Positions 54,218 through 63,657 of a stretch of 64,000 bases of DNA are shown in pieces. Numbering within the stretch: the first letter of the stretch is position 1; each line of letters starts with the position of its first letter. The stretch is from Pseudomonadales bacterium (lineage in GTDB: Bacteria; Pseudomonadota; Gammaproteobacteria; Pseudomonadales; Azotimanducaceae). The notes under the pieces are model-generated. The model was not told the DNA's origin. It saw nothing but the letters and a program-made list of their open reading frames with translations, and made no database searches. The position numbers were made by a program, and so were the translations under genes. The stretch is taken from assembly GCA_963693125.1 (NCBI GenBank), contig OY843767.1, positions 2,795,549 to 2,859,548 of the forward strand, in the 5' to 3' direction.

Positions 54218-55240
54218 ATGAATGCACCTGTTGAAAATCTTACTGCCAGGGATTTTGCTTCTGACCAGGAAGTACGCTGGTGTCCCGGCTGCGGTGATTA
54301 CGCCATCCTGAAGACGATGCAGAAGACCATGCCTGAACTCGGGGTTGCCCGGGAAAACCAGGTCTTTGTGTCCGGTATCGGCTGTTCCTCCCGATTCCCG
54401 TACTACATGAACACCTACGGGTTCCACACCATTCACGGGCGTGCGCCCTCAATCGCAACTGGCGTGAAGCTGGCCAACCCGGAGCTGGATGTCTGGGTGA
54501 TTACGGGTGACGGTGATGGCCTGTCCATTGGTGGCAACCACATGATCCATGTGCTGCGTCGTAACGTGGACCTGCAACTGCTGCTGTTCAATAACGAGAT
54601 TTACGGCCTGACCAAGGGCCAGTACTCACCGACCTCGAAGGTCGGAACCCGGTCACCATCAACCCCTGACGGTTCCGTGGACATGCCACTGCTCCCTTGC
54701 GTGTTCGCGCTGGGTGCCGGTGCGCGTTTCGTGGCAAGAACCATTGATACGGAAGCGAAACACATGGGGCCCGTCCTGAAGCGAGCCCATGCTCATAAAG
54801 GCACTGCTTTTGTCGAGATTTATCAGAATTGTCCCGTTTATAACGACGGTATCTTCGATCAGATCAAGGAAAAGAAGACCGCGGCGGACACGCGGCTGGT
54901 GCTGGAACATGGCAAGCCTCTGACCTTTGGTGCCGACCAGGAAAAAGGTATTCGATTGAACCGGAAGACCCTGATGCCGGAAGTTGTCACCATCAGTGAA
55001 GATGGCGTTACCGAAGATGATATTGTGGTTCACGACGAAACCAACAAGGTACTGGCGCAGATGCTGGCAGGTCTCAAGCTGCCGGACTTCCCCGAGCCGG
55101 TTGGTGTTCTCTATTGTGAGCCGACAGCGCCGAGTTATACCGATGACTTTTACCAGCAGCGGATCCTTGTTCGTGAGCAGAAGGGTGAAGCGGATCTGAA
55201 CGCCCTGCTGCGTACCGGTCACACCTGGAGCGTTAGCTGA
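54218..55240 (+). CDS. korB: 2-oxoacid:ferredoxin oxidoreductase beta subunit (ThDP-binding)
   Basis: 340-aa ORF with WCPGCGDY, GIGCSSR and ITGDGDGLSIGGNH. Confidence 0.85.
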   Translation: MNAPVENLTARDFASDQEVRWCPGCGDYAILKTMQKTMPELGVARENQVFVSGIGCSSRFPYYMNTYGFHTIHGRAPSIATGVKLANPELDVWVITGDGDGLSIGGNHMIHVLRRNVDLQLLLFNNEIYGLTKGQYSPTSKVGTRSPSTPDGSVDMPLLPCVFALGAGARFVARTIDTEAKHMGPVLKRAHAHKGTAFVEIYQNCPVYNDGIFDQIKEKKTAADTRLVLEHGKPLTFGADQEKGIRLNRKTLMPEVVTISEDGVTEDDIVVHDETNKVLAQMLAGLKLPDFPEPVGVLYCEPTAPSYTDDFYQQRILVREQKGEADLNALLRTGHTWSVS

Positions 55241-55296
55241 CCCCGGACGGCACTCCCCGGGCTTGCGGGCTTCGTGACAGTACGGCGATTCGAGCC

Positions 55297-56358
55297 ATGG
55301 CAGAGTTCAATCCGGAAGACAACATCGGAACCATCCCCGTTCAGGAGAGGCACCGGTTTGATGTTGGCCGCCTGCAGGCTTTCATGGAAGCGGAGGTGGC
55401 GGGTTTTAGCGGCATGCTGACGGCGGAGGAATTCGCCGGAGGACAGTCCAATCCAACCTACCTGCTGAGTGCCGGAGAAACGCAATATGTCATGCGGCGC
55501 AAACCACCCGGTACGCTGCTAAAGTCTGCACACGCCGTGGACCGGGAGTATCGTGTGATAAGTGCGCTCCGGGATACGGATGTCCCCACCGCCGGAACCT
55601 ATGCACTGTGTACCGACGATGACGTGATCGGCACCTGGTTCTATATCATGGAGTACCTGGATGGGCGGGTAATCTGGGATAGCACGGCAGGGCCTTATAC
55701 GCCCCGGGAACGCGGAGAGTTCTGGGATGCCGCCAATGATGCGCTGGCGCGGCTGCATAACGTGGATTTTGAGGCTGTCGGGCTGTCTGACTTCGGCAGA
55801 CACGGCAACTATATTGCCCGTCAACTGAAGCGCTGGTCAGAGCAGTATGAATACACCAGAACGGGTGACAATCCCTACATGGATAATCTTATCGATTACC
55901 TGCCGAAGAATATCCCCGAGGAAGACAAGACGAGTTGCTGCATTGTCCATGGGGACCCGAAAATCGACAACATGATGATGCACAGGGCGCGCAACGAGGT
56001 GATCGGTATCCTCGACTGGGAGCTGAGCACCCTGGGTAATCCGATCAGCGACTTTGCCTATATGTGCATGCGCTATCGGGACTCCCTGCGTGGCGTTGAT
56101 CTGAAGTCACTGGGTATACCGAGCGAGGAAGAATATATTTCTGTCTACTGCAGGCGAACGGGTCGCTCGGGTATTGAGAACTGGGATTATTACCTGGCGT
56201 TCAATATGTTCCGCCTGGCGGCCATTCTTCAAGGCATTGCCAGGCGCGTTCAGGATGGCACTGCTGCGAGCCGCAATGCGGAAGAAGCGGGTTCCGGCGC
56301 TTACGATCTGGCCAGGCTGGCCTGGGCGCAGATCGACAGTTCTGTGAAGATCGACTAG
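55297..56358 (+). CDS. Phosphotransferase (APH/ChoK kinase-like) family protein, ACAD10/11 N-terminal-domain type
   Basis: 353-aa ORF with GGQSNPTY, IVHGDPKIDNMM and DWELSTLG. Confidence 0.75.
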   Translation: MAEFNPEDNIGTIPVQERHRFDVGRLQAFMEAEVAGFSGMLTAEEFAGGQSNPTYLLSAGETQYVMRRKPPGTLLKSAHAVDREYRVISALRDTDVPTAGTYALCTDDDVIGTWFYIMEYLDGRVIWDSTAGPYTPRERGEFWDAANDALARLHNVDFEAVGLSDFGRHGNYIARQLKRWSEQYEYTRTGDNPYMDNLIDYLPKNIPEEDKTSCCIVHGDPKIDNMMMHRARNEVIGILDWELSTLGNPISDFAYMCMRYRDSLRGVDLKSLGIPSEEEYISVYCRRTGRSGIENWDYYLAFNMFRLAAILQGIARRVQDGTAASRNAEEAGSGAYDLARLAWAQIDSSVKID

Positions 56359-56897
56359 AAGCCGGTCAGGTCCGGGTCCAGCTCAACACCAAAGGAGTTC
56401 AGAGCGCCGGCCAGCATCCGGTACTGACCGCAGGTAAACACCAGGTCAATCATCTGCCGGGTGTCGCAGGTTTTTGACAATCCATCCCAGGTTTCGTCGC
56501 TGATGAACACATCTGTGTGAAGTTCGTCTGCGACCCTCAGAATGTAACGGTCATGTTCGCTCCAGATGGGGTCCCCGGCGCCCGTCTTGACCGCCTCAAT
56601 CTCATCGTCAGTCAAACCGGCGTTCCTGCCGATGACCTTGTGCTGTCCCCATTCATAAACTGACCCGGCAAGCCAGCCGGTACGCAGAATGGCAATCTCT
56701 CGCTCCCGTGGCGGCAGTGTCGACTTGGCCAGGATGTGATTGGCGAACACCAGCCAGCGCTTCGCCAGTTGCTCGTGATGGGCGAGGGTGCGGAAGATAT
56801 TCTGCACGTTGCCGCGCATCTTCTGCGCCCCCAGAACTTCCAGTTGTGCTTCGTTCCAGTCGTCTTCGTGTATGGCCGGGATGCGCGGTGTTTCCAT
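56355..56897 (-). CDS. Carboxymuconolactone decarboxylase (AhpD-like) family protein
   Basis: 180-aa ORF. REIAILRTGWLAGSVYEWGQH is typical of the CMD family. Confidence 0.7.
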   Translation of the reverse strand: METPRIPAIHEDDWNEAQLEVLGAQKMRGNVQNIFRTLAHHEQLAKRWLVFANHILAKSTLPPREREIAILRTGWLAGSVYEWGQHKVIGRNAGLTDDEIEAVKTGAGDPIWSEHDRYILRVADELHTDVFISDETWDGLSKTCDTRQMIDLVFTCGQYRMLAGALNSFGVELDPDLTGF

Positions 56898-56954
56898 GGT
56901 TGGTTTCCTTTATGATGCCCGTACTTTTGATTGAAGTCAGACGGGGAATCATAC

Positions 56955-57881
56955 ATGAGCGAGCTGATCCTGCATCAGTATGCGGAATCACCTTTTTCCG
57001 AGAAAATAAGAGTGCTGCTGGGATACAAGGATGCAACCTGGCGGCAGGTGGAGACCAGCATCATCATGCCCCGGCCCGCATTGATGCCATTGACGGGCGG
57101 CTATCGACGGATTCCTGTCATGCAGGCGGGCGCTGACATCTATTGTGATACGGCGATTATAGGCAAGGTCATTGACGCCACCTATCCCGATAACACTGTC
57201 TACCCCGGGCGGCAGCGGGGGGTCATTGAGGCGTTTTCCCACTGGACGGATACCTTCTTTTTCTCGGTTACCGTTGGCGTGGCGTTTCAGCCGATCGCAC
57301 TGGCGAATGAACCACTGTTCAAAAACGAAGAGGCCGTCGCCGCGTTTATGGCGGACCGGGCTGAACTGAGCGAAGGCTCAACGCAACTCGGCATGCCGTT
57401 TGAAGTGGCGGAACCACACTTCCTGACGCACATAAGCAACCTTGATCGGCAACTGGCTTCCGGAGGCTATCTGTTTGGTGATGACCCGACCATCGCCGAC
57501 TTCTCGACCTATCATCTGATCTGGTTCGTCAATCGGCGAGAAGTCCTGAGGCACTATTTCGAGCCATTTGAGAATCTGATGTCATGGTATGAGCGCATTC
57601 GGGCGTTTGGACACGGCACCGTTGAAACCATCTCCGGCGATGAGGCGCTGGCAATCGCAAAAGAGGCGCAGCCCGATGAGATTGAAGATGCCGTCCTTCC
57701 CGGTGGACTTGAGGCGGGCCAGCAGGTTGCCGTGATGCCGATTGACTATGGCTTTCAACCGGTCACCGGTGAACTCCTCGCCGCAGGTAGTGATGAAATC
57801 GTGTTAGCCAGAACCGATGACGAGGCGGGCGGGATTGTGGTGCATTTCCCACGTCTCGGCTTCCAGGTTAATCAGGTATAG
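56955..57881 (+). CDS. Glutathione S-transferase family protein with C-terminal extension
   Basis: Start re-picked at MSELILHQYAESPFSEKIR. Thioredoxin-like GST N-domain. 308 aa. Confidence 0.7.
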   Translation: MSELILHQYAESPFSEKIRVLLGYKDATWRQVETSIIMPRPALMPLTGGYRRIPVMQAGADIYCDTAIIGKVIDATYPDNTVYPGRQRGVIEAFSHWTDTFFFSVTVGVAFQPIALANEPLFKNEEAVAAFMADRAELSEGSTQLGMPFEVAEPHFLTHISNLDRQLASGGYLFGDDPTIADFSTYHLIWFVNRREVLRHYFEPFENLMSWYERIRAFGHGTVETISGDEALAIAKEAQPDEIEDAVLPGGLEAGQQVAVMPIDYGFQPVTGELLAAGSDEIVLARTDDEAGGIVVHFPRLGFQVNQV

Positions 57882-57890
57882 GAGGTTATC

Positions 57891-58655
57891 GTGGGGAGGC
57901 TTGAAAACAAGGTTGCCATCATCACAGGTGGTGCCGGAGATATTGGCAGGGTCGCCGGAAAGCTCTTTGCCGGTGAAGGAGCGGACGTTCTCCTGGTAGA
58001 CCTGGATGAAGCGGCCTTGCGGCAGGCGTGTGACGAAGCGGGTAGCAACCGGGTCAGTTATCTGGTGTCGGACGTGACAGGGCTCGAAGGAAACCGGGCG
58101 ATGGTCGAGACCGCGACGGAACGCTACGGTGGCGTCGATGTTTTTCTTGCCAATGCCGGTATCGAAGGAGACGTTACCAGCCTGCTGGACTATGACGAAA
58201 CCAGGTTTGACCAGGTGATGAACGTCAACGTCAAGGGTCCGTTTCTTGGTTTGAAAGCCGCCGTTCCGGCGATGGCAGCGAGAGGCGGTGGCAGTTTTGT
58301 CATCACCTCCAGTATTGCCGGCCTGAAAGGGGCAGCCGGGCTCTCTGCTTATAGCACCAGCAAGCATGCAGTGATTGGTCTGATGCGCAGTGCGGCAAGG
58401 GAATTCGCGGAGAAGGGCATCCGGGTCAATACGGTCAATCCGTCACCGGTAGAAACCAGAATGATTCGCAGCATTGAGTCCGGGCTCGCGCCCGATGCGC
58501 AGGATGAAGTCAGGGCGCGCATGACAGAGGCCATTCCCATGAAGCGATATGCGGAACCTGAAGATGTGGCGAAGCTGATGCTGTTCCTGGCGAGTTCAGA
58601 CAGTGAGTTCATTACCGGGTCCGTCTACAGTGTAGACGGTGGCTCGAACGCTTGA
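57891..58655 (+). CDS. SDR family oxidoreductase
   Basis: 254-aa ORF with GTG start. ITGGAGDIG and YSTSKHAV present. Confidence 0.85.
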   Translation: MGRLENKVAIITGGAGDIGRVAGKLFAGEGADVLLVDLDEAALRQACDEAGSNRVSYLVSDVTGLEGNRAMVETATERYGGVDVFLANAGIEGDVTSLLDYDETRFDQVMNVNVKGPFLGLKAAVPAMAARGGGSFVITSSIAGLKGAAGLSAYSTSKHAVIGLMRSAAREFAEKGIRVNTVNPSPVETRMIRSIESGLAPDAQDEVRARMTEAIPMKRYAEPEDVAKLMLFLASSDSEFITGSVYSVDGGSNA

Positions 58656-59161
58656 CCCATCAACAATGCCAACTCGCGCACATGCTCATCCTCGATATCA
58701 TGGGCGATCAGGGCATCATGCAGTTCCAGCAGATACTCCCTGTTTGAACCGCTGGGGCCGTTAGAACGCCTGATCTGCGAAGCGATGTCCTCAAGAGGCG
58801 CATCCCCGACGAAGGCCGGGTTGCTTTCATCGGCGCGGTAGACAATGCCGGTTTCGACGCGGCCCTGGAAATGTATAGCAACGGTGTTGCGCCTGTAGCC
58901 GTTCTTTTCCCGGTAATCGAGTTCTTTGACGATCTGCTCCAGCCGGTCGGTGGCAAGTCGATAGGCGACACCGTAACAGCGTTCCGCCGGCGCCGGTACC
59001 AGAGTCACCACTCTACCGGGTGCTTCGGGTGTACCGCGATGGTCCGTCGAGGACTGCCAGAAGCGCCGGGACCAGCCCTCGATATAGCCGATCTCGCGTG
59101 CCTCGAAATCAAAGCCGGTTTTCCAGATGAGAGAGCCGTAGGCAAAAATCCACTGGTTCAT
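58625..59161 (-). CDS. chaC: ChaC-like gamma-glutamylcyclotransferase
   Basis: Start re-picked at MNQWIFAYGSLIW. GWSRRFWQSSTDHRGTPEAPGRVVTL present. 178 aa. Confidence 0.75.
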   Translation of the reverse strand: MNQWIFAYGSLIWKTGFDFEAREIGYIEGWSRRFWQSSTDHRGTPEAPGRVVTLVPAPAERCYGVAYRLATDRLEQIVKELDYREKNGYRRNTVAIHFQGRVETGIVYRADESNPAFVGDAPLEDIASQIRRSNGPSGSNREYLLELHDALIAHDIEDEHVRELALLMGQAFEPPSTL

Positions 59162-59354
59162 GACTGACCGGTGTTTACCGTTTTCTGCCCGCAGGCTGTT
59201 GGTATCATGCGACGGGATTGTACCCGCCGCGATTAGCCGAATCACGGGGAGCCCCTGCGGTGATATCGTTTTCGCCCGCACACCATCGCAATAGCAGGCT
59301 GATCGGTGATATAAAGTCGTTTACTTTTTCGCGCCCATAGAGGAGAGAGCAGGA

Positions 59355-60173
59355 ATGGCCATTACAGAATCCAGGACCGACGAACTGTTGATTGAAAACA
59401 AGGGTCGGATTGTTGTTTTTACATTGAATCGTCCCGAGCGGATGAACGCCATCAGCCGTGACATGCTGGATGAACTGTCCGCAAAGATGACCGAGGCCAA
59501 CAAGGACCCCGAGGTTCGCTGTATTGTCCTCACCGGCGCGGGGCGGGGTTTCTGCGCGGGACTTGATCTGGTTGATGTCGGTCAGGGTGGTATCGGCGGT
59601 GGTTCCGGGGAAGGCAGTAACCGCCCCCGCCAACTGTTTGATCTGCGTGATGCGCCCATCAATGTCATGTGGAACATTGATACCCCCATTGTCTGCGCTC
59701 TGAATGGTGCGGCAGCCGGTTATGGTATGGATGTCGCGCTGCTCTGTGATATCCGTGTGGCTGGTGAGTCCGCAAAAATGGCGGCAGTTACCGCAAAGCG
59801 TAACGTCGTGCCTGAAAGCGGCGGCACCTGGCTGCTACCTCGCCTGATCGGCTGGGCGAAAGCCGCCGAACTCTATTATCGGGCCCGGGTTGTCGGCGCG
59901 CAGGAATGTCTTGAACTCGGCCTGGTGAACACCGTGGTCCCGGACGACAAGGTACTTGAAACGGCCATGGAATGGGCCGAAGAGATCGCTGACAATGCGC
60001 CGATGGCAGTGCAAACGACCAAGCGCATGATGCGCATGGGACAGGAAGAATCCTACGATACCGCTGTTGATCACCTGATGGTCCATCTGACTGGCATGTT
60101 CCAGAGCGACGATTTTCAGGAAGGTGTGAAGGCATTCCTCGAAAAGCGCAAGCCCGAGTTTACCGGGCGCTGA
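59355..60173 (+). CDS. Enoyl-CoA hydratase/isomerase family protein
   Basis: 272-aa ORF with GAGRGFCAGLDL. AGGAGAGAGCAGGA lies upstream. Confidence 0.85.
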   Translation: MAITESRTDELLIENKGRIVVFTLNRPERMNAISRDMLDELSAKMTEANKDPEVRCIVLTGAGRGFCAGLDLVDVGQGGIGGGSGEGSNRPRQLFDLRDAPINVMWNIDTPIVCALNGAAAGYGMDVALLCDIRVAGESAKMAAVTAKRNVVPESGGTWLLPRLIGWAKAAELYYRARVVGAQECLELGLVNTVVPDDKVLETAMEWAEEIADNAPMAVQTTKRMMRMGQEESYDTAVDHLMVHLTGMFQSDDFQEGVKAFLEKRKPEFTGR

Positions 60174-60184
60174 AACTGAAACAT

Positions 60185-60211
60185 CGACACCGCGCCGGAA
60201 ACGCGGTGTCG
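60185..60211. terminator. Perfect 10-bp GC-rich hairpin between convergent genes (candidate bidirectional terminator)
   Basis: cgacaccgcg-ccggaaa-cgcggtgtcg. A T-rich run is only weakly present, on the minus-strand side. Confidence 0.5.
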
Positions 60212-60224
60212 TGATTCACCCGGG

Positions 60225-61631
60225 TCAGGACGCCTTCTTGTAGGGTGGTCTCATGGCAGCAGCCAGTTTGGAGACCGTCTTCGACTGGCTGTAGATTGCC
60301 CTGGCGTGGCTGAAGTTCTTGAAGCCATCATAGCCATGATACGAACCCATACCACTTGGGCCGACGCCACCAAAAGGAAGGTCCTCCTGGGCGACATGCA
60401 TGATCACGTCGTTAACGGTGACCCCGCCTGAGGTTGTTTCATTCAGTACCCTGTCTTTCTCGGCGTTGTTCCGGCCAAAGTAGTACAGCCCCAGAGGCCG
60501 ATCCCTGCCGTTTACGTAGTCGATTGTTTCCCTGACGTCCCTGTACTGTTTTACCGGCAGAACGGGGCCGAAAATTTCATCCTGCATGACTTTCATATCG
60601 TCAGTAGGGTCAAGCACCAGGGTAGGGGGCATCCGGTGGTGTTCCTGCTGGGAAAAATCCTCGTTCGCCGGATTGATCTCAACGACACTGGCCCCTTTGT
60701 CCCTGGCGTCATCCAGGTAACCATTCAACCGGTCAAAGTGACGTTCGTTGACGACACTGGTGTAGTCAGGGTTGTCCTTGATGTTCGGGAACATGGTGGC
60801 AATTGAGTTGCGGGCGTGTTCTACAAACTCATCCCGGCTTCCCTCAGGGAGCATCACATAGTCAGGCGCCAGGCAGATCTGGCCCGCATTCATGGTCTTG
60901 CCGGCCATGATGTTGGTTGCCGCGAGTTCAAGATCAGCGGACTCACCGATGATGACCGGTGATTTGCCGCCCAGTTCCAGCGTGACGGGAACAAGGTTCT
61001 CTGCCGCCGCTTTCATGACGTGTTTCGCAATCGAGGTGGCCCCGGTAAACAGCAGGTGATCGAAGGGCAGTCGTGAGAAAGCGCCGCCGACATCGGGGCC
61101 GCCGGTAAACACAGCGACTTCTTCAACGTCGAATGCCTGCTCGAACAGTTCCTTCATCAGCTCGGAGGTCTGTGCGGTAAATTCCGATGGTTTAATCATG
61201 GTGCGGTTACCGGCGGCGAAGATACCCGCCAGCGGTGAAAAAGTCAGTTGCACCGGAAAGTTCCAGGGACTGATACAGCCGACAACGCCCAGGGGCTGAT
61301 ATTCGATACGACCCCGGGCGCCCAGCAGACCCAGCGGGAACATGACCTTGCGCTTTTCCGGTCGCATCCACTTACGCAGATGTTTCCTGGCATGTTCGAG
61401 TGGTCCGATGCCCCCGTCAATATCCGTCAGCTTCGACTGGTCCAGAGAACGATGACCGAAATCCGCAGCCATGGCTTCACTGAGTTTGCTGCCGTGCTGC
61501 TTCAGAATATTAATGGCGCGGTCAATTCGATCGATTCTGGTTTCTACTGAAACGACACCCTCGGCAATATAGGCCGCCTTCTGTCGGTCCAGGATGTCCT
61601 GCATATCTGCCTGAGTTGGTTCGTTAGACAT
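60225..61631 (-). CDS. NAD(P)-dependent aldehyde dehydrogenase (coniferyl-aldehyde DH-like)
   Basis: 468-aa ORF with ELGGKSP and the catalytic-Cys region NAGQICLAPDY. Confidence 0.85.
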   Translation of the reverse strand: MSNEPTQADMQDILDRQKAAYIAEGVVSVETRIDRIDRAINILKQHGSKLSEAMAADFGHRSLDQSKLTDIDGGIGPLEHARKHLRKWMRPEKRKVMFPLGLLGARGRIEYQPLGVVGCISPWNFPVQLTFSPLAGIFAAGNRTMIKPSEFTAQTSELMKELFEQAFDVEEVAVFTGGPDVGGAFSRLPFDHLLFTGATSIAKHVMKAAAENLVPVTLELGGKSPVIIGESADLELAATNIMAGKTMNAGQICLAPDYVMLPEGSRDEFVEHARNSIATMFPNIKDNPDYTSVVNERHFDRLNGYLDDARDKGASVVEINPANEDFSQQEHHRMPPTLVLDPTDDMKVMQDEIFGPVLPVKQYRDVRETIDYVNGRDRPLGLYYFGRNNAEKDRVLNETTSGGVTVNDVIMHVAQEDLPFGGVGPSGMGSYHGYDGFKNFSHARAIYSQSKTVSKLAAAMRPPYKKAS

Positions 61632-61696
61632 AATGTCCCTCTGCTGTGCGGTTAGTCGACTAAGGCCTGAAGTGTAAATTTTTTTGATGCGATGTG

Positions 61697-62254
61697 CTAC
61701 AGGTCGTCCGGTGTAATCGAGTAGACGTAGGCATCGTGAGATCGGCCATGCAGCATCAGCCGGTTTCTCAGTTTGCCTTCATAGATGCCGCCGGCGGCTT
61801 CAGCAACGGCGCGGCTTGCACCGTTTTCGACGGACATGACCATCTCAATGCGCTTCAGACCCAGGTGCTCAATGCCATATCTCGCCAGCCTGCGTGTCAC
61901 CTCGGTGGCGATTCCCCGGCGTGTGCTGGCGGTCTTGACCCAGTAGCCCAGGTTGCCGATCGGGTGCTCATCAATCTGATTGATGCCGCAACCACCATGC
62001 AGTTCCTGGTCGTTTTTACTGAAAACCCCAAAGCTGTAGGCGCTGCCCTCATCCCAGTTCGACGGGATGGCCATCAGCCATTTTCGGGAGTCCTCAATGC
62101 CGTAGTCCGGATGACACCAGGGAAGAAACTGAAAGACTTCGGCAATGGACGACCTTGCCGCCTGATAAAGCTGCGGTTCATCAGACAGTTCGTAGCGCCG
62201 GACTAGAAAGCGCTCTGTCTGAAACCGTGTGGGGACAGGTGCCGTCAGATTCAA
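61697..62254 (-). CDS. GNAT family N-acetyltransferase (RimJ/RimL-like)
   Basis: 185-aa ORF. TERFLVRRYELSD and RRGIATE are typical of the family. Confidence 0.75.
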   Translation of the reverse strand: MNLTAPVPTRFQTERFLVRRYELSDEPQLYQAARSSIAEVFQFLPWCHPDYGIEDSRKWLMAIPSNWDEGSAYSFGVFSKNDQELHGGCGINQIDEHPIGNLGYWVKTASTRRGIATEVTRRLARYGIEHLGLKRIEMVMSVENGASRAVAEAAGGIYEGKLRNRLMLHGRSHDAYVYSITPDDL

Positions 62255-63612
62255 CTGAATTCTTCTGTGTGGTAAACGAATACCTGCACATCAGTCGACC
62301 AGCCATCCGGTGATAACCCCGCCTTCCTGCGTAGTTCTGAGACAAACTGCTCCGGGGTGGCAAGCTGTTCCCAGACGGAGGGCAGGTAGGTGGCCTGGTG
62401 TGCGCCTTCTTTAAGAATGAGGCCGTCAATGCCCGGCTGTAGTTTATCGATCAGATCCTGGCGCGATTCGACGGCCAGTGGTTTCGGTTGCGTCAGAATA
62501 GAGATATGAATATCTATCTTATGATATTCCTCATGTGTCAGCGGCCCGAATCTCGGGTCTTTGAACGCCGCCGCCTGTGCGTTGTGAGCAATATCGACGA
62601 TCAATGGACGATGCGCCTGTAGTGACCCGATGCAGCCCCTTAGCCTGCCGTTGATGTTCAGGGTGACGAAGGCCGCACGTTCCTGTTTCAGCCGGTCCGG
62701 GAAATGGCTCATCTCGATATTGAAGTTCTTTTCCCCCTCCAGTGGGCCGCGAATGACTTCACGAGCCAGTTGCAGAAGGATCTGTTGTTCGGCGCGACTC
62801 CAGGCGTCAGCCCCTTGCGGCGATTCGTTGATCTCCCAGGCACCGTAACCGACTACCCTGTCTTTGGGCCCGGCAGTATCCCCTGAATTGCGCACGTCTA
62901 TCTTGTTGATGGTGAGTCCGCGCTGTTCGGCCAGATGCAGCAGCCCATTGACAGGCCGACAACCGCAGGCATCGCTACCTTTGAGGGTTGCGTCCAGGCT
63001 GAGAATCCTGGCATTGGTTCGGGCATCCATGGCCTGCGCCCGTTCATAGCTTTCATAGTGAGAAAGATCGCTGCTGATGACGATGAGCGTTTCATCACCG
63101 CCCCACAAGCTGTTCAGCAGATAGGCGACATCCTCTTTGCTCGCATCGCCGACAACAATGGGGATTAACTTGAAGTCATCAATAATCTTTTGCAGGAATG
63201 GCAGATGGACCTCAAGACTGTGCTCCTGTTCATGTGCCTGATCCATCACGGTAACGGAAGGCAGACCGGAGAGATCAGCAATGGCCTTTGTGTCCAGGGG
63301 AATATCACCCAGCGGGGTCCTGAAATGCGTGTTGTCGGGTATGGCCATACCCCTGAACGCAACCCGGTGTGATGGGCCAAGCAGCACCACCCGATGGATT
63401 CTGTCGCGGGCGGGGATTACTCGTTTGTAGACGCTGCCCGCGACCGGACCTGAATAGACGTAACCCGCATGGGGAGCGATCAGCGCTTTCGGGCATACTT
63501 CACCGCTGTCGCCCTTGATATAGGCATCAATCAGGGAGCCAAGCATGGCCGGATCATTAGGGTAGAATGTCCCGGCAACGGCGGGTTCTCGTATGGATTC
63601 CATAGGGATCAC
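62251..63612 (-). CDS. AmmeMemoRadiSam system fusion protein: Memo-like (B) N-terminal domain + AMMECR1 (A) C-terminal domain
   Basis: 453-aa ORF. The N-terminus has AVAGTFYP...APHAGYVYSG...DLSHY (Memo). The C-terminus has AFVTLNINGRLRGCIGS...ATYLPSVWEQ (AMMECR1). Confidence 0.8.
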   Translation of the reverse strand: MIPMESIREPAVAGTFYPNDPAMLGSLIDAYIKGDSGEVCPKALIAPHAGYVYSGPVAGSVYKRVIPARDRIHRVVLLGPSHRVAFRGMAIPDNTHFRTPLGDIPLDTKAIADLSGLPSVTVMDQAHEQEHSLEVHLPFLQKIIDDFKLIPIVVGDASKEDVAYLLNSLWGGDETLIVISSDLSHYESYERAQAMDARTNARILSLDATLKGSDACGCRPVNGLLHLAEQRGLTINKIDVRNSGDTAGPKDRVVGYGAWEINESPQGADAWSRAEQQILLQLAREVIRGPLEGEKNFNIEMSHFPDRLKQERAAFVTLNINGRLRGCIGSLQAHRPLIVDIAHNAQAAAFKDPRFGPLTHEEYHKIDIHISILTQPKPLAVESRQDLIDKLQPGIDGLILKEGAHQATYLPSVWEQLATPEQFVSELRRKAGLSPDGWSTDVQVFVYHTEEFS

Positions 63613-63657
63613 CTGAACTTGTCACGGGCATTGTAAGTTCAATAGCAGGGGAAGCCA

